DNA from: Hamiltosporidium tvaerminnensis FI-OER-3-3
Taxonomy: Eukaryota > Fungi > Microsporidia
DNA: 64,000 nucleotides
NCBI GenBank assembly: GCA_022605425.2
Contig: CM061250.1
Span: forward strand, 310,001-374,000
Direction: 5' to 3'
Numbering within the stretch: the stretch's first letter is position 1; every line of letters begins with the position of its first letter. The notes under the pieces were generated by a model. That model was not told the origin of the DNA and searched no databases. It saw nothing but the letters and a program-made list of their open reading frames with translations. Below, piece after piece: positions 48,583-64,000 of the stretch. The translations under genes and the position numbers were made by a program.

Positions 48583-51500
48583 GCTATAAAGGTAGAGTTT
48601 TATATAAATTAATAGAGTAGGTAAATATTTTTTGATATATAAAGTGAAAGAACAAATTTTCAAAATTATAGAAATATAACACCAAGCTCTTGAATCGTAA
48701 AAAAGTTGAAAAATTAAGAAGATCATAAAAAATTCAGAGTTTTCACTATATTTTTAGTAAGTTTTATACATTTATAAAATTCTTTTTTAAAAAGCAGGAC
48801 TTTCAGATAACTACAAAAAAGTTTTTGTTAAATTTATGTCAAAAAATATCCGTAATCTATTAATTTAGATTGAGGATTTTTCTGTTGCAATTTGAAAAAT
48901 TCTATCTATGAATAATCATATAAAAAATATTATTTTACACAAAAATTAATTTTTGGAAGTGATTTAAACCTAAAATCTTAAAATAGTGACTTGAATCTTA
49001 GTAAAGAAACCAAAGGAAGAACAGTAAAAGTTTTTAGCTAAGTTATGAAGCTGTTTTTATAATATTCAGTGTCAAATATAGATTGTTTAAGCCTTAAATT
49101 GTTTGTTAAATAAATTTAACAAGAAATTCGTATTTTGTTAAAAATGTCTATGTGAATTGATGTAGGTCAAACCTGAAAATAAGCTACTCGAATTTGAATT
49201 CTGACTTTAATGGAAAATATCTTTTATAGTTGCTCTAAATAGAAATAAATCCACTGTTCTTAAAACTTTAGATTATATTTATTCTCTTTGCTATAGATCA
49301 AAGTGGTTTATCGACCGAATTACATCTAAAAAAACTATATGAATTTTATATATATCCATCAAGAGCATGTTGATATTCTATTCTTGTACAAAACAACAAG
49401 AAGTATAGACTAAATCATTTGAATTTTGGAACAGATAAAGTACTAATATACTAAATTGTACTGAAATGCTTCAGAGACGTACAATCGAATGTCAAACTAA
49501 ACATTCCTCGAACAGCATAAAAGAATAATTCTAATGCTAATTATCTACTTTAAATTTAAAAGAAAAAAGTAGTTTTTACTTTGTGATACTTGCTTCTGAA
49601 TGTTTAATTCTATGTCGCTTTTTAAAATATAGACGTCTCAAACATTTTATAATGTATCCTGTAACATTTCAAACAAATATTTCATTTTTTATTTTTTAAT
49701 ACAACTTAGCTGTTTAAGAATTTTCTAGTGTAATTATTTTATTTTAATAATACGTGATTTATTTAAATTATAGAATTGCTATAAATCATCTTATCATGAA
49801 TATTATAATACATATTGTTACAAAAATATGGAAGCCAACTTCTTATTCTTAAAAAATAAACTATTCGTTCTCTACCATTTAAGATGAAGTTTTTTTTTAA
49901 CATTTATTCAAAGTAAATTAAATGAAACATGTTCTTAATTCGTTCAATTTTATATTTATAGATTTTTTCGATGTGATTAGCTAGATTTCTGCGAGGAATA
50001 TAAAATAAATTCCATTAAATTTATAAATGCTTTATAGTTTGTTCGAAGTATATGTTGAATGTGAAGCGAATAAAAGAATCCAATATCAAATATTGTTTCT
50101 AACTCAATACATTCGTACCTTGATATACTATTATAATTCTGCTGTAAACATATTTCATTAACATTTGCAATATCAAGTCTACATATTTAGCGAATTAGTA
50201 TTTAATTTATATCAAATAAAGATATTTTTTTGCAGACATGCCTTTTTGTTATAAATATAGAATTTAACATTTAAAGAATTAATTACCCATAGCTATTATA
50301 TTTAAAATTACACTAAAGTGTTCACGAAAAGCACCATGAAGCGCAACTTATAGAACAGTAACCTCTTATATTGGATGAAGATCAATATCTAAATTTTCTG
50401 AAAATTCATAATATAATGTAAATACAAATGGTTAATGTATGTAAAATTTGTTTAAATGATATTGAAGTTTCTTAAATTTATATAGGTAATATGTTTAAAA
50501 CAAACTTACCTGAGCTTTTCTAAATAAAAATATTTTATAATAATATAAAATATATTTCGTTTTTCATTTCATATATTCTACCTGACTGTACAACATCTTT
50601 ATAAACAGTTTAGGAACAATTTATAACATAGATGTTTTTTGTTCTGTTATTTATATCTATATGTTCGATTTTATTTTAATTTTTTTGTGTTACACATACT
50701 TTTAGTATAAAGCTTCCTGGTATTAAAAGTATAAAAAATCATACGTTGTAGCATTTTATAACAAAAAAAATTTCAAAATATTTAGAAAGAAATAGATAAA
50801 TAAATGAAATTCAAATTTATTATAAACTCTAAATAATGAAAAATTTAGACTTTAAAATGAACATATCATAAATTTTTTTAAAAAAAACAGGGTATCGAAA
50901 GATGTGTTACGTATTTTGGAATATATTTTTAGCTAGACTTCATGATTTAAGAGCTGTATTTTTATTTCAATCTATTTCATCAAAAAGAAGCCGCGAACAA
51001 CTTAATAGTGAATTAAATTATATTTTGATTAGAACTGGAGTTATATACATGCAGATTGAAAATACTTAATTGTTAAAAAAGTATTTGATATAAATTATAA
51101 TAAACAAGTAAAAATGACAAAAAAACAATATAACACGCACCCATCCGACAAAAAACAAAGTATTTATTTACAATTTAGTTAAAGAAACATAAACATCATA
51201 AAAAAATTTATTATAAAATTTCTTCTAAAAAGTATCTTGTTTTTGCGCCTCTGATAAATTTGGATATGAAAAACGACTAATTGTTTTAAAGCTTTCAATG
51301 ATTAAAAAAACATTTACACGCACTTGAAATTTTTTCTTTTATAAAAATATAATCACAATTGTTTTCCCGTTTCATTTTAATAGAATTACAATATCTATCT
51401 AGTAAACGTATTCTATATTTAATATTTATAGTTCATATTCCAGAATAAAGTCCTGATTTAAGCTTTGATTTTTAAGTTAAGTTATAAAACAAATCTCAAA

Positions 51501-54500
51501 TCATCTACAAAACAACTCGATGAAGATTTAAAATTTATCGAAATCCTGCAAAGACAACTAACTCTTTTAAAATCAAAATTTCGACTCAAAAATACCTTTA
51601 TTCCTAATCTGCATTTAGAATGTAAATAGTTTGCTTGGATCTATGCGATACAGTTGAATAAATGTATAAATATACCGCCAATGAGTCTTTTCAATTCAAA
51701 GAATAAAAAGATATAGACTTATTTTTCAAAAATTGAGTTATTTTTTTTACTATTTTATTTTGAATTATAACTCTTCTTTTTAAGATTAAAAAAGAGAGAA
51801 CGAATATCTATAAGAAAACAATAATTGAAATTCACAGCAAAGCTACTCAATACCAATGTTTTTCAAATACAAAACATTGTCCTCAGATGAATACATATCT
51901 TTACCAAACTTAAATGTAAGCATAATCAAAATCTAAATATAAAGATTTTATGCAAACTAAGTTTAAGATTTAGTAGATTAGATTCAAAAACTTGATAGTT
52001 TTATAAAATAATAATAGGAAATTATACAACATAATCGTTATAAGATGCTTTTTATTATTTAGGCTTTAATACTTGCTATTTTGTTTCAAAATGTCAAACT
52101 CACATATTCTTAGAGTCTATAAAGATAGTCTTAAGGAAACACGCAATTTAGCTGAAATTGTGTCACAAGCTTTTAGTGGTTTCAAATGATGTAGCATTTA
52201 AGCGGAGTTCAAAATTTGTATAAATTTGCAAAGATAAAGCATTATTCTCTTAATCAAAAAAAAAACTATCCGACTAAATGCGACTATAAATTCAAACCTT
52301 TAACAGTTTTAAGAACAATGTAGTCGTTTTTAGCATGTTAGTTTGCACTATGCCAAAAAAAACGTATATGTTTACTAGCATCAACGACTTGGAAATATTG
52401 AAATTCTCAAAAAAATATAATATTAATAATAAAAAAAATAAAGTAAAATGTATATTTGCAAAAATAATAGAAATAAACACAGACTGAGAAATTTTAAGAG
52501 TGCTAATTCGATATAGAGTAACTAAAGTTAAATTATTTTAAAATATGCATATTCATGCTTAGAAAAATATAAAAAATAATTAATTAAAATTGTATAGAAT
52601 TCAAAAACACTCAATGAAGACTTCTAATTTGATTAAATAATTCAGTTAAATGTTATAAACATCGAAAATTCGTAGCTAGAAAGGTTTCAGAAATTTTCAT
52701 TTCACCAACCGTAGTTTTATATAAGAATTTAATTCATTTTAATTATGATATCAAAGAGTATTTGGGACACGCAATATTAATCCAATTGAATCTCTAATTA
52801 AAAATAATAAAAATTACTCTAATAACCATAATATTGAATAAATAGAAACGCTTTCACGAGATATCATATAACATAATCGCATATTTAACACAGAAAAACA
52901 AGCTCATATTATTACAGGCAAATACAGTGCAAGTATCAGGAATTATATTTTATGTTTCTCTTGAATGATCTAGAATAAACCGGATTACAAAATAATCGAG
53001 AAAAAATAGGGTTTTTTTGTCAAATTTTAGAAGAGATCATACAAATACTTACAAGTATATATAAAGAATATAGAGAAGCTATCAGGATTAAGTTTCTAAC
53101 ATGAGAAATTTATAAGATAATATTCGAAGTTATTACTTTCAATGATATATATCGTCACTAAATAACAGAAAAATATCTGCCTAAAGAAAAAAATTATCGA
53201 TTTAACCAAATCATCTTTACACTAAGGAAGATATGATTTTTTTTGCACTCGCATGTAATTATTTAAGGTTTTGGTAATAATAGCCCCAACAGTATGTGAT
53301 GAAAAAATAGGTATTTACTTAAGAAGTACCGGGTTTGTTCCACAGTTTATGCTCTCTTTATCTTTCGTACAAGAAAATTTGCGTTAGACTATTACCCTAA
53401 CATATAAAAAGAAACTGTTTCTGGAACACCTTAACTTGACGAAGGCTAATTTACTGGTGTATTGTGTCTCATTCGTATAAAGAGGAACGAGCTACGAGTT
53501 TAGTAATAATACAGAAAAAATTGTATATAACGTCATAGATGATTTCTTAAGTGAAAAATTATAAAATAAGAAAAAAAGGAACTAGTCTAAAAAAAGATTT
53601 GATTATTAAACGGGTAAAATACTCTATATACTAATAAAAATTTACGAATCCGACTTTTATAATGCTTATTCTACTATTTCTATAATGAGATACAGAACAA
53701 AACTAAAATCTATAATCAAAGCCATATGGATTGTCTACAAAAATCTAAACCTTTAAAAGAAACAAACGAAAAATTTGGTGTCAAAAATATATATTTTAAT
53801 AATATTTTAGTAAATATAAAAGTTTTTGGTTAATCCTTAATCTTTTAAGTTTAACAAAATTTACATTCTTAGTTATCTATATAAAATAATGTTAATTCTA
53901 TTTATATGCTCATTGAATTTTGTATTAAATTTAGAATCTTATAATAGTTTAACTTTTTATAGATAATTCAATTTGCGCAAATCAATATATATTTTGTTAA
54001 GTGAAAAAAATTTCGATACTTTCAGACCCGAATATTCTAATAGATTTTATAATTTTTAAAAAAATGCAAACTTAGCATCGTTTTTTTTAGAGCATGTTAG
54101 TATATATCGAATCAGAAATTACAAGAATTTATGTAATTGCTTTTTATTTCCTGAGCAAATTATATATTTGAGAAAAAAATCAAACCCTGCATTGGTATTA
54201 TCAAATATTCATCCTTTGTCAAATCGAAATGTATAACAGGATGTTGAACCTAACATTAAATATGATATAATACAGGCAAGAGTCAAACATTAAAGTAATT
54301 TTCAAAATATATCATTTTTCTTTTAAAGTCTTAAAATATAATAATTACACCAAAAATGCAGTTCTAAGTAAATGTAAAAATTCTAAAAATTGGCTTTCTA
54401 GCTATTTTCCAAACAAAATTACAACAATTAAAATCTATATCTCTTTCTGTAGCGCTCATATATAAGAATATAGAGCCACTACAGAATATCAAACATAAAA

Positions 54501-57159
54501 AGAAAGCCTACCTATTACTCTTTTATATAGATCTTGTATGAAGAAAAGGTTTTTAATATGAATCAAGCAATTTTTATATAATAATAAACAAAAATTATTC
54601 ATGCGAAATAATAGCATATATTTCTAGAAAATTAAGTCTTTGTTCACGATTAGCATAGAAAATAAAATGATATCCTAATTTGTTTTTCAATATTAACACA
54701 GGATTTATAGTTAACAAATAAAGTATTAAAATTATATTTTAATTTTGTAAAATAACAAAATTTAAGGTAAAAAAAACAATGTAGAAGGCTAATGATTTAA
54801 TTGAATTTTTTCACTTTATTCTCATGATTTTGCAACACAATGTATATTTATTTACAGTATTGTGGGCCTGAATAGATTCCGGAATTACATAACCATATTC
54901 GTTTTAAATAATACGGTAAGATAAATTATAAAACATGCAATATCTATTTCTTTATCTTATAACAACTTTTTGTAGTTTTTTTAATTAAATCTATTAGAAA
55001 TGAATATATATTTTTTCGATGCAAAATGTTACGGTGCTTTAAAAAACTTACTTAGCCAAAATTTCTACGAAACCTATTTTTTGATTTTTGCAAATAATAA
55101 TTAATAATTTAAAATATATATACCATGCCGTCATTATGAAAGAAAAATGAAAAACATGATAAAAGGTGTTTAATCACTAAACAACTATTATTTAAAACAG
55201 ACTATTTTTAGAATAAATTATATGAAGAGGCAAAATTTCAAACTTTTTACCGTATCATATATCAATGAATAACTTTACTATAGGTTTACTAGTTGAAAAT
55301 TATCTAATCTTTTAGGAGAGATATTATTTTTGGATTCAGCAGTAAAAAATGATAAAAAAAACTCTTAAATCATTTTGTTCATATAAAATCTGAACAAAAA
55401 TATCATAAATTGGAGATATATAGGTAATCTCTAATTTGTATATAAGCTTCTTCTAGGTAAATATTAACGCCTTCTTTTAAAGATAAGAAAATACAAATCT
55501 CAGATATTATAAGCAAAAAGTTTTATGGCAAGAGTACTGAATCTAACCAGCTTCTAATGTCACGCTTTTTAAAAGCTCCAAAAAGGTAAATTTTAGAATA
55601 TCATGCGATTTAATCTAAGGGAAACCTTTATAAAAGAAGATAGTATCAAATAAAGCGAGGAATGAAGATATTCGATAAGAATTCACTTTTTTTGCAACAT
55701 TAAGAACTTATTAATAATGTATATGGAAAAACTTAAAGCGTACATGTGTTAGTTTTTTTTTCAAATTCTATCTGTTTTTTCGCCCTCGAAGAAAAAATCT
55801 TTACGTTTTGATCTCAAACTATCGAACTAATTTAAAAATGATATTTAGTAATTTGATGCAACTTTTTATATAATATGAAATGTTATGCATAGTTAAATTT
55901 ATCTTATAACAAAGTAGCATAACATTTCTTTAGTTCTTTAAAAATCGAATACCGTAAAATAGTTATTATTATACACAAATCGGCACCTTCGTGAAATGTT
56001 ATTGTAAGCTGCATTTTCAACAAATTATAAAATTAATGTATAAAAATTTTTTATCTAAACTGTATAATCGTTCATTCGATAATAATCATTATATTGATCT
56101 CAACGAAGTATATATTTATAAGTCTATCTAACTATATTTTTTAGATCGTGAAATATTACGTAAAAGGAAAAATTGACATACAGCTTTCATTTTGAATATT
56201 ATCACAAAGAAACAAATAATTACATTTTGCTCTACTATAAGATTCAATATTTTAATAAATTTTTGGGCTTGATTAAAAATTTAATATGTCTATTTGACAA
56301 AAAAATACATAACATTACTTGTTTTAAATGAAAAGTCTAGCTTTTTATTGTCATAGTTACCATTTGGAAAATATAAATTTACTAAATTTCATGCTATCGA
56401 ACTTGATTTTGTATTCTAGATAATATTGTAGCCTTACGATGATTGTTACTGTTAATTTTTTTTTAAGTTCTTATATGGACTCAAAACTTTCACTATCTGA
56501 TATTGCCAACAATATTTTAACTCAAAATAGACTCTTGGTTTATGGCATTGCATAAAAATGTAATTAAAATAATCTATTTTTATAAAACATAAGTGACATA
56601 TATGGACTTATAGTTATATTCATATCTCTTCTCTTCGGATTAGAAAACTATGTAATAAATGCACTAAAGAGCAATTGAAAGTTATAACAATACCATGGAA
56701 ATTTAAAACCTTTATTGGTAATTGAGTGTCATGACATATGTAACTAATTTATTAGGTTTGAAAGTTTTTGTACGATTAATCTAATTTTCTAGTTGTAACT
56801 TTAAATGTTCAGTCATATCTAACCTTCTAAATTGATAGATTATGAAAAATAAGAATTTTTGATTTTTTATTATCTAAAAAATGTATTTTTGTGAGTATTC
56901 GTCGGTACAAAAGTTTTTCTAATCTGCTTTTGATGATCATGGGCTTTAAAAACACCCGAAAGCCTTTCATGAATCGAATAATACGTATATAATATTTTCA
57001 AATTTTCTAAACCATGATTATGCAAGTTACAATAAAAATTGTGGCATTAGCAACAAACTGTCAAAGGTTATAATTTAGGCAATCTAAAAAACATTAGGCT
57101 GTAAAATAAACCCTTAATAAATTCGGCTATTATATTATGAGAAAAACAAAATCTAAAAA

Positions 57160-60100
57160 CTTTATTTTTATTTAATAAAATTCTTGGCTAACTAAATATT
57201 TATTTTAAATAATTCTTTCCACCATTTCACCCACTTCTATCTCCTCCTCCTCCTCCAACTCTTCATTTGTATTAGTTGATGGTTCCTTTGCTGTGGTTAT
57301 ACCATCCAAAATAAGGGGTAAAAGATTTTTTGTATTTTCTGTTTTAACATCATCTTCCTCGTTGTCTCTTGCTTTAAAAAAGGTGTTGGTTGTTTTGCAT
57401 CTCAGTTCGAAAACAACACTTAATGATGCTCTCCCCCAGCTCTCTTCGGCATTTGGTCCAGATTCAAGTCCTCTTCGTCGATCAAAAGAAATCGTTTCGA
57501 CTGTCTTCTTGAGTACTATGAATTGTATATATGCCTCTACATTCATGGGTATTTGCAGTCTCTTAACATACGTCTTATAGTATTTTGTAACAATACCGTA
57601 CCAAGTCATCACATAAGGAATTATCTCTACACTGCATTTATAAACAAAACCTAACTCATTTGCTAGTAGGTCATACTTCCTAAGCTTCTCTGTTTCAACT
57701 ATTTTAAGAGAGTCTTGGGATGTGATTCCTACTTCAATGAGGGTTATTCTATTCTGTCTCATGTCTAAAAGAAATATAACTGGTCTGTTACACCGAATCT
57801 TGACATCAGTTTTTATTCTGATGTCCACTCTTATCTCTGCATATTCGTTATCAAGAATTTCTTGAACTGAGTGGCTTCTAATTCGTTTCGAAGACTTAAA
57901 CTTATATTTATTCAGCAAGAGTAAATGTATACATCGTACACTTCTTTATGTCGTCTAGTATAGTCATGACCAAGCATTTTTTCACATCTCGTTGCTAAGT
58001 GATCAACAGTTTTCCTAGACTGGTTGCAGTGTTGACACATACCTTCTGCACCCCAGAAAACATTTCTATCCTAGATATAACAGAACACTGCTTCATCACG
58101 TGGTCTTACACTTCCATTCTTTAACCATCTTGAGGAGTCATTTACACTTACCAGCTCGTTATTTCTAGCGCTATATAACTTTGAATGTAGTTTTCGGTTT
58201 TTGATTTCGTTATATAGGTTAGCTAGTTGAGCTTCTTCCAATTTCTTTTTTGTGACTTCCTCTTCCAACCCGTATTTTATTTTTAAAAAGTTTTTAATTA
58301 GTGAAAGGTGGGTTTTATTATTATTCTCAACCTTTAGGATTGCTGCTCTTCTGGTCGATGTATCTTTATGTTTTTCCAGAAAATCCAAGAGTTGCAAAAG
58401 CATATGTTCGCTTTTGAACTCGACACTATTTAAACCTCTTCCAAGTTCTTTACGTGGAAGGTATAGACGTTCTTTGCATCCTGGGCGTAGATGTATTTTG
58501 TTCTTTACTAACACTGCACGCACCGCATCATCTAACTTAGAGAAGTCAGCCGGTTCAAGTTGGAGTACACCTATATGATAGTTTAGTAAAGAAATTGCAT
58601 GTTGATTAATGGCTTGAAATCAATTTCTTGCATTTAATCTCGTGCGTCAAAGTCTTTCTACTCGTGCTATAATTTTAGTCTGTACTTTCTCAAAAGACTT
58701 ACTTGTTGGAATTCCTCTGCTATCTTCTATAATTCCAAAGTATTTATAAACACCTATTCCTTCAAGAAGAGTAGCAGTATCTTCACAACATGGATCATTA
58801 GTGGCTGACTTCGCTTTGTTAATTTCCAATCCTATATTATTCATAAACTTTTTAACCTCCTCCGTCATTTCTTCCAATGTTTGTCCATCTTCGGCAAGGA
58901 GCTTAAGATCATCAATAAACAAGAGATGATTAGTTGCGTGGGATTCTGCATCTGTTTGTATTATCACCTTTGTGTATTTCTCATTAAGCTTTCGGCTCAA
59001 TGGATCCATACACAATACAAAAAACAACGGTGACAGACTATCTCTTTGCAGAATCCCTCTATCAATCTTTTTGCTCATGATTTTTTCAGGCCCTACTGAT
59101 ATATCAATTTTCCATTTTGATAATATTACCTTAATAAATTTCAGGATCCAATCAGGCAAATTAGGGTTTTCAATGCATTGAGTCAAATAAGCATGATCTA
59201 TTGAATCATGAGCTTTTTTGACATCAATCCATGTTGCCTCAAGATTGTTTCCGTACTCTTTATCAATGGCAATATTCAATAGGGCCTTTTCTTCTGCTCC
59301 TTGCACTTCTCTTACTGCTCCCAACTGATTTTCTGAAAGTAATCCTCTTCTTTCAACCTCAATCTGTACCACTTTAGTAACACATTTTGTAGTTAGTTTA
59401 TACAGATTTGACATACAGGTGTTATTTGCCTGTAATGAGAACATGTCTTTGGTGTACCTTTAGGTATCAGATAAGTAAGTCCACAATAATACCAATCAGC
59501 TGGAGGCGTTCCTTCTAAACACATGACTTTCAAAATATAGTAAAGATATTTATGAAGGCTCGTAAGTTTCTTAGAGTAAAGTTATAAATACCATCAATTC
59601 CAGCGGCTTTCCAGTTAGGCAGCCAATTGATAATATCTGTAAACTCTTCAAGCGAAGGAAACGTGGTCTGGCGCGTATCTGACACGTAAGGTATCAAATA
59701 CTCATCATATGTAACTACTTTATCATTTTTGTTCCACATTGTAGACCTAAATTCTGAAATTTCGTCAAGATAAATCATATGCTCGGATTTAACGCACTCA
59801 GATAACCGTCGATAGAATCGATCTCGGAATAACTCAAACATACGGTTCTCTTTTCGGAATTGCTTCCTACTCTCATACATCGTACTTTTTTTCTCGTACA
59901 CATTTAAAGCCTCATTCTTCTTAACCAAAGCCTCAGAGAGATCATTTATTTTGCTTAAGTCTAAATTAAACTTTCGCATAAAATTTCAGAGACTTTTCGT
60001 TTCCGAAGAAGAGTGCTTTTTCAGTTTGTGAGCCTTCTCGAGGTATTCTTTGGAAAGTACTGACTTAGAAATTTTACTTTCTATGTTTTCCTTCAAAGCA

Positions 60101-60943
60101 GATCTAGGTTTCTCCTTACGTGTTTCCTCGTAATAGCATACCTGGGCCGCCTGGATGATTCGAGCGGAATCACTAACATTCTTAGACACATGAGATTCAG
60201 CATATTCATATGTGATCCGATTTATGCGTTCCAAACTTTACTATCAACCAATTCACTTGGAAGTTTTCTAGTTCGGACCACTACATCTCCGATTTCCTTC
60301 TCAGAGATTTCCTTGATTTTACACAAGAACTTTTCTCTCAGGTTCATATAGAGTGTAGTGTCAGTTAAGGAACATGTTTCGGCGAGACAAGGCGCGATTC
60401 TACGTCGCTCTCTATTCTCTTCTTGCGTTATTTCTCTTTCTGCATTATTTTGTTTTAATTTTTTTAACACATCGATATCAACAGTTCGACCAAATTTCCT
60501 ATTATAGTACCTAAGAATTGCAGACCAGCCATTTCTAGGCATTCTCTCAAACCTTTTTTGCACTGTTATAATTACAGATCTAGGCCATTCCTGCTCTACG
60601 GCTGTGACAGAGTCAAGTATTGAATGCGATACATTCAGTCGATTTCCTTCTGAAATGACAGGGGCATTGAGGTTTTCTATTGTGTTGGCTGGCCTACACG
60701 CAGACGAATCGGGACAGGAAGAAGGGAGTGCGGAATCAAGTGTGATTGAAGTAACCTGAAGCTATTGCTCGATCGAGAGTGGGTGTTATTATAGATAGTC
60801 AGCTGTGGTGGAAGCGGCTCGGATATAGTCACTACATCTCTATCACACGTTTTTGTCTCTTTAAAACCAATTTCCGAGTTGTTTACAGCATTTATTTCAT
60901 CATTTTTTATATTTTCGCTGTCAACTTTTTTTCTTCTACCCAT
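57160..60943 (-). mobile_element. Near full-length non-LTR retrotransposon, RT + CCHC zinc knuckle + restriction-like endonuclease (R4/Dong-like), disrupted
   Basis: ORF fragments in sequence give NWKAAGIDGI, WIDVKKAHDSIDH, RGILQRDSLSP, LLFIDDLKL, RLYLPRKELGRGL, CQHCNQSRKTVDHLATRC..YTRRH (~57945-58040) and NRPVIF..LIEVGIT..EKLRKY. There are multiple frameshifts and stops, and an A/T-rich 3' tail. Confidence 0.92.
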
Positions 60944-63900
60944 TATGCTAAAACTATCATAATATATAGGAATTATTATTAAGTATTTTAAATTTTTTCT
61001 AAATTTTATTGATAGCTCTATTTACCAAGACTAATAAATATTGAAACAAAGTTAAAAAAATATTTTTCTGAGATACAGAAAGGAGATTGTAAAAGAACCT
61101 GTTATATAATATTAATCCTTTTAAATTTCGTAAAAGCTGTATTATTATTCGAAATCTCTTGATAAAAATATGTAACAATGAAATAAGCTTGTTAAAAATC
61201 TCAACATAAAACTCAATGCTTTGGTATATCAGTTGAAAATCATTTATATTGGTGAAAAAACTTGACTACTATGATATTTAAATTCGATATTTTAGTTGTC
61301 AAATACAAAAAGGATATAAAAAGAAAAGCTCGGTCTAATATCAAACCTTAAGCAATGGTATTGATTTCTCATTCCCATCGAAAAAAAATTTATAATCGCA
61401 TTCAAAGAAAAATACAAGAAATGTGCGAAAGAATCTGTTATATTTCAAAAAATTTTACAAATTCTTTTAATTACTTAATGAATCAGTTTTTTTAAGCATT
61501 ATATTATGTAACTTTTTTCGCAATTAATTGTTCAATTTATAAATCAATTCACGAAAGGCATATGAGGATTTTTTGCTTTGAATTTGTTTCTATTAAAAAA
61601 ATTAACAAATTTATAACTGAGAGAACTCTAGAAAACGAGAACCTATCTTATTTATCGGCAGTAAAATCATAACGATTAATTTTTTTTTTAATTTTACTTT
61701 AGTACGTCTTTTCGCGCTGTTGTATTATTTATATTATTTTCACTGTCAATAAAAGATTTTAAAGACACTTTTAATACGTTCTCGTAAACAAGATATTTCG
61801 TTGTACGGCGAAATACCTTTTTCAAACACAAGTAGACAAAATAAAGGAAAAGATTTTTCGATCCAGAATTTATTTATGCATTACGCGAAAATAACGATTT
61901 TTATCGGTATGAGTTCGTAATGCCTTTCTCCAATAATTATTATAACGAAAATTTTCAGTATGCCTATCTCTATCGAGAGATTTGTGAATTATAGAATGAT
62001 ACATACAATTACATATGCGATCTAACACCAAGTTTGATATTCCTAGAAATTATGTAACCCAACTCTTGCATTTATCCAACGTATTGGTGCTTTTATCTTA
62101 ACCAGATATTCTACGAAATACAATTTTTTTATAATCTATTTTGCACATCTAAAAATATAATAAATTACTAAATGTTAAAGAAATTTCCATCTGAGTGATC
62201 AAAGTAATTTTTTATAAAAGTAAATATATTTTACGGATTCTTAAAAGGGACCCTATTATAATATATAATATGACAAAAAAATCGGATTCGTCTGAAATGC
62301 TTCAAAAAGCATAACATGTGAATACATTTCGTTTATATATTTTTCTTTAATTTTTTCTTATATAAAGTCATTAACATTTAAATCACGCTAATCATTTAGC
62401 TAACTGAGCATGTCTTTAAACATTTCCAACATAATTTAGACTAAAGTCTAAAATGATACTTCAATAGAAGATAATTTGAATCAAATAGTTAAATCAAATC
62501 AAATGTAACACAATTGAACACAGACGTTATATTATTTATACCTTTGATTAATTTGCCATCTTTCTTCATACTTGAAATATTTATTTTAAATGTTAAATAT
62601 CTTTAAAAAGTTGCAGATGATATAAAATACTTAGATATAAAAAAATTTATCAATCGCAAGAAAAGTATTTATACCATGAAAATTTATGACTTTGTTTTTT
62701 CTCTAATCTAAATCAAAAAAAACAGAAGCTTAGATATTGCGTCGGACTAGGTTTTTTCATAAAATATCTCAGAGTCGGTTTTTTCAGTTGAGATTGCACC
62801 CCAAAAACATATGAATTCGGGTGATTTTCATTATAGAAAGTAGAAAGTCATCACAATAGAACAGTAGTATAGAAAGTACCATTTTTTGTTCTAATGTTTG
62901 GTTCAAATACCTTTTCAATATACTTTTATTTAAACAAAGTTTTAAAAAAAATGACTACTATTTATTATTCAGTGCATAAGATTGATTGCTTCACATTTTA
63001 AAAAATTTGAGAGCTAGAATTAAATAATAAAGTTAAAAAATAATTAATGGTATACTTCTTTGCCTAAGCATGTTGAATAGATTTGCTCATACAATATTTA
63101 TACATTCAAATTTCTGTTTATTTTTTTTTAATTTATTAACGTAATAAAATTTATGATTCAAATTTTAGGCGTAATCCTGTTTTTTTAGAATTTTATTTTA
63201 TTAGAAAGGCTAACATTAGCAAAATTTTTATTTACATCTAGAAGAACAACATGTCTTATTTGCGTACGCAATATATTTTTTAAAAAAATCTTCTATATTT
63301 TCTAAAAAAATAGATTAGAAACACTCAAATTATACAAAGATATGTTCTTTTGCTTAGTTCTTTCATGGTATATAATTATTGATATAATTCAATGCTTCCA
63401 TATAGCGTGATATACTTTTAAGAAATAAGTTTATATTTTGGGCATTTTAACTGAGATACAACTATTGTGAATTTAAAATAAATTATTGTTAAACGATTGT
63501 AAAATAGTAAATTTCCGGAGTTTTAATTTCTGTCATATGACTTCTATAAAATATAGTTTTCTATTTTTGAGCTAAAAACACAAGTCAAATTTGATTGTTA
63601 GAAACCAATTAAACAAGCTTTTTATACCATACTAAAAAAATTCTGCTTTTTTCTATTAAATGGCAAAAGTAATTTATATAGATATGTTAAATCCCACGAA
63701 AACCTTATAAAATATAAGATACAAACAAATCTATTATATATATTTCGGTCCAAAGGTAACATATATTTCTGCAAAAAACTAAAAATAAAATATTACGTAG
63801 GCTAAAGACTATTTGCGCTTTTAATATATACACCATCTGTCCGGAAATATGGTATACTTTTCAAAAAAACCGTAGATTATCGTGAATATAAAAAATAAAT

Positions 63901-64000
63901 AGGCAACCGTCATGATATTGTCATAGTAAATATTCATGACAATATAACCTAAAACATGCGACTTTAGTAATATCATTCTTAGTTAAAAAATTACTGCTCC

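Noticed and set aside
48600-57150. Genes or TEs in the 8.5-kb AT-rich desert (and 61000-64000)
   Set aside because: No credible ORF. A few GC-richer patches (~53000-53600) may be TE debris, but no motif could be supported.
63909-63940. Small inverted repeat gtcatgatatt...aatattcatgac
   Set aside because: An isolated, short, imperfect hairpin of a kind expected by chance in AT-rich DNA, with no associated feature.

Overview
Very AT-rich, gene-sparse eukaryotic DNA, most consistent with a large-genome microsporidian. This is inferred from a CCC-type motif just upstream of most ATGs, a 27-nt spliceosomal intron right after the RPS8 start codon, and compact, divergent housekeeping proteins. About nine host genes are supported: HRD1-like E3 ligase, Jjj1/DNAJC21-like J-protein with HPN instead of HPD, RPS8, TFB5, a minimal MAD1, a Sec9/SNAP-25-like SNARE, a putative secreted protein and two hypotheticals. 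The rest is largely transposon debris: a disrupted restriction-like-endonuclease (R4/Dong-like) non-LTR retrotransposon with older fragments, RTE-like LINE relics, a ~245-bp bipartite RTE-derived element, and decayed integrase/transposase relics. The most striking feature is a ~720-bp non-coding, GC-enriched, apparently highly base-paired repeat with about 10 copies (roughly a tenth of the window) on both strands. It has candidate target-site duplications, an AT-rich 3' end, no TIRs/LTRs and no recognisable tRNA head. It is a candidate undescribed structured-RNA retroposon family. All alignments and folds were done by eye, so relic boundaries are approximate.
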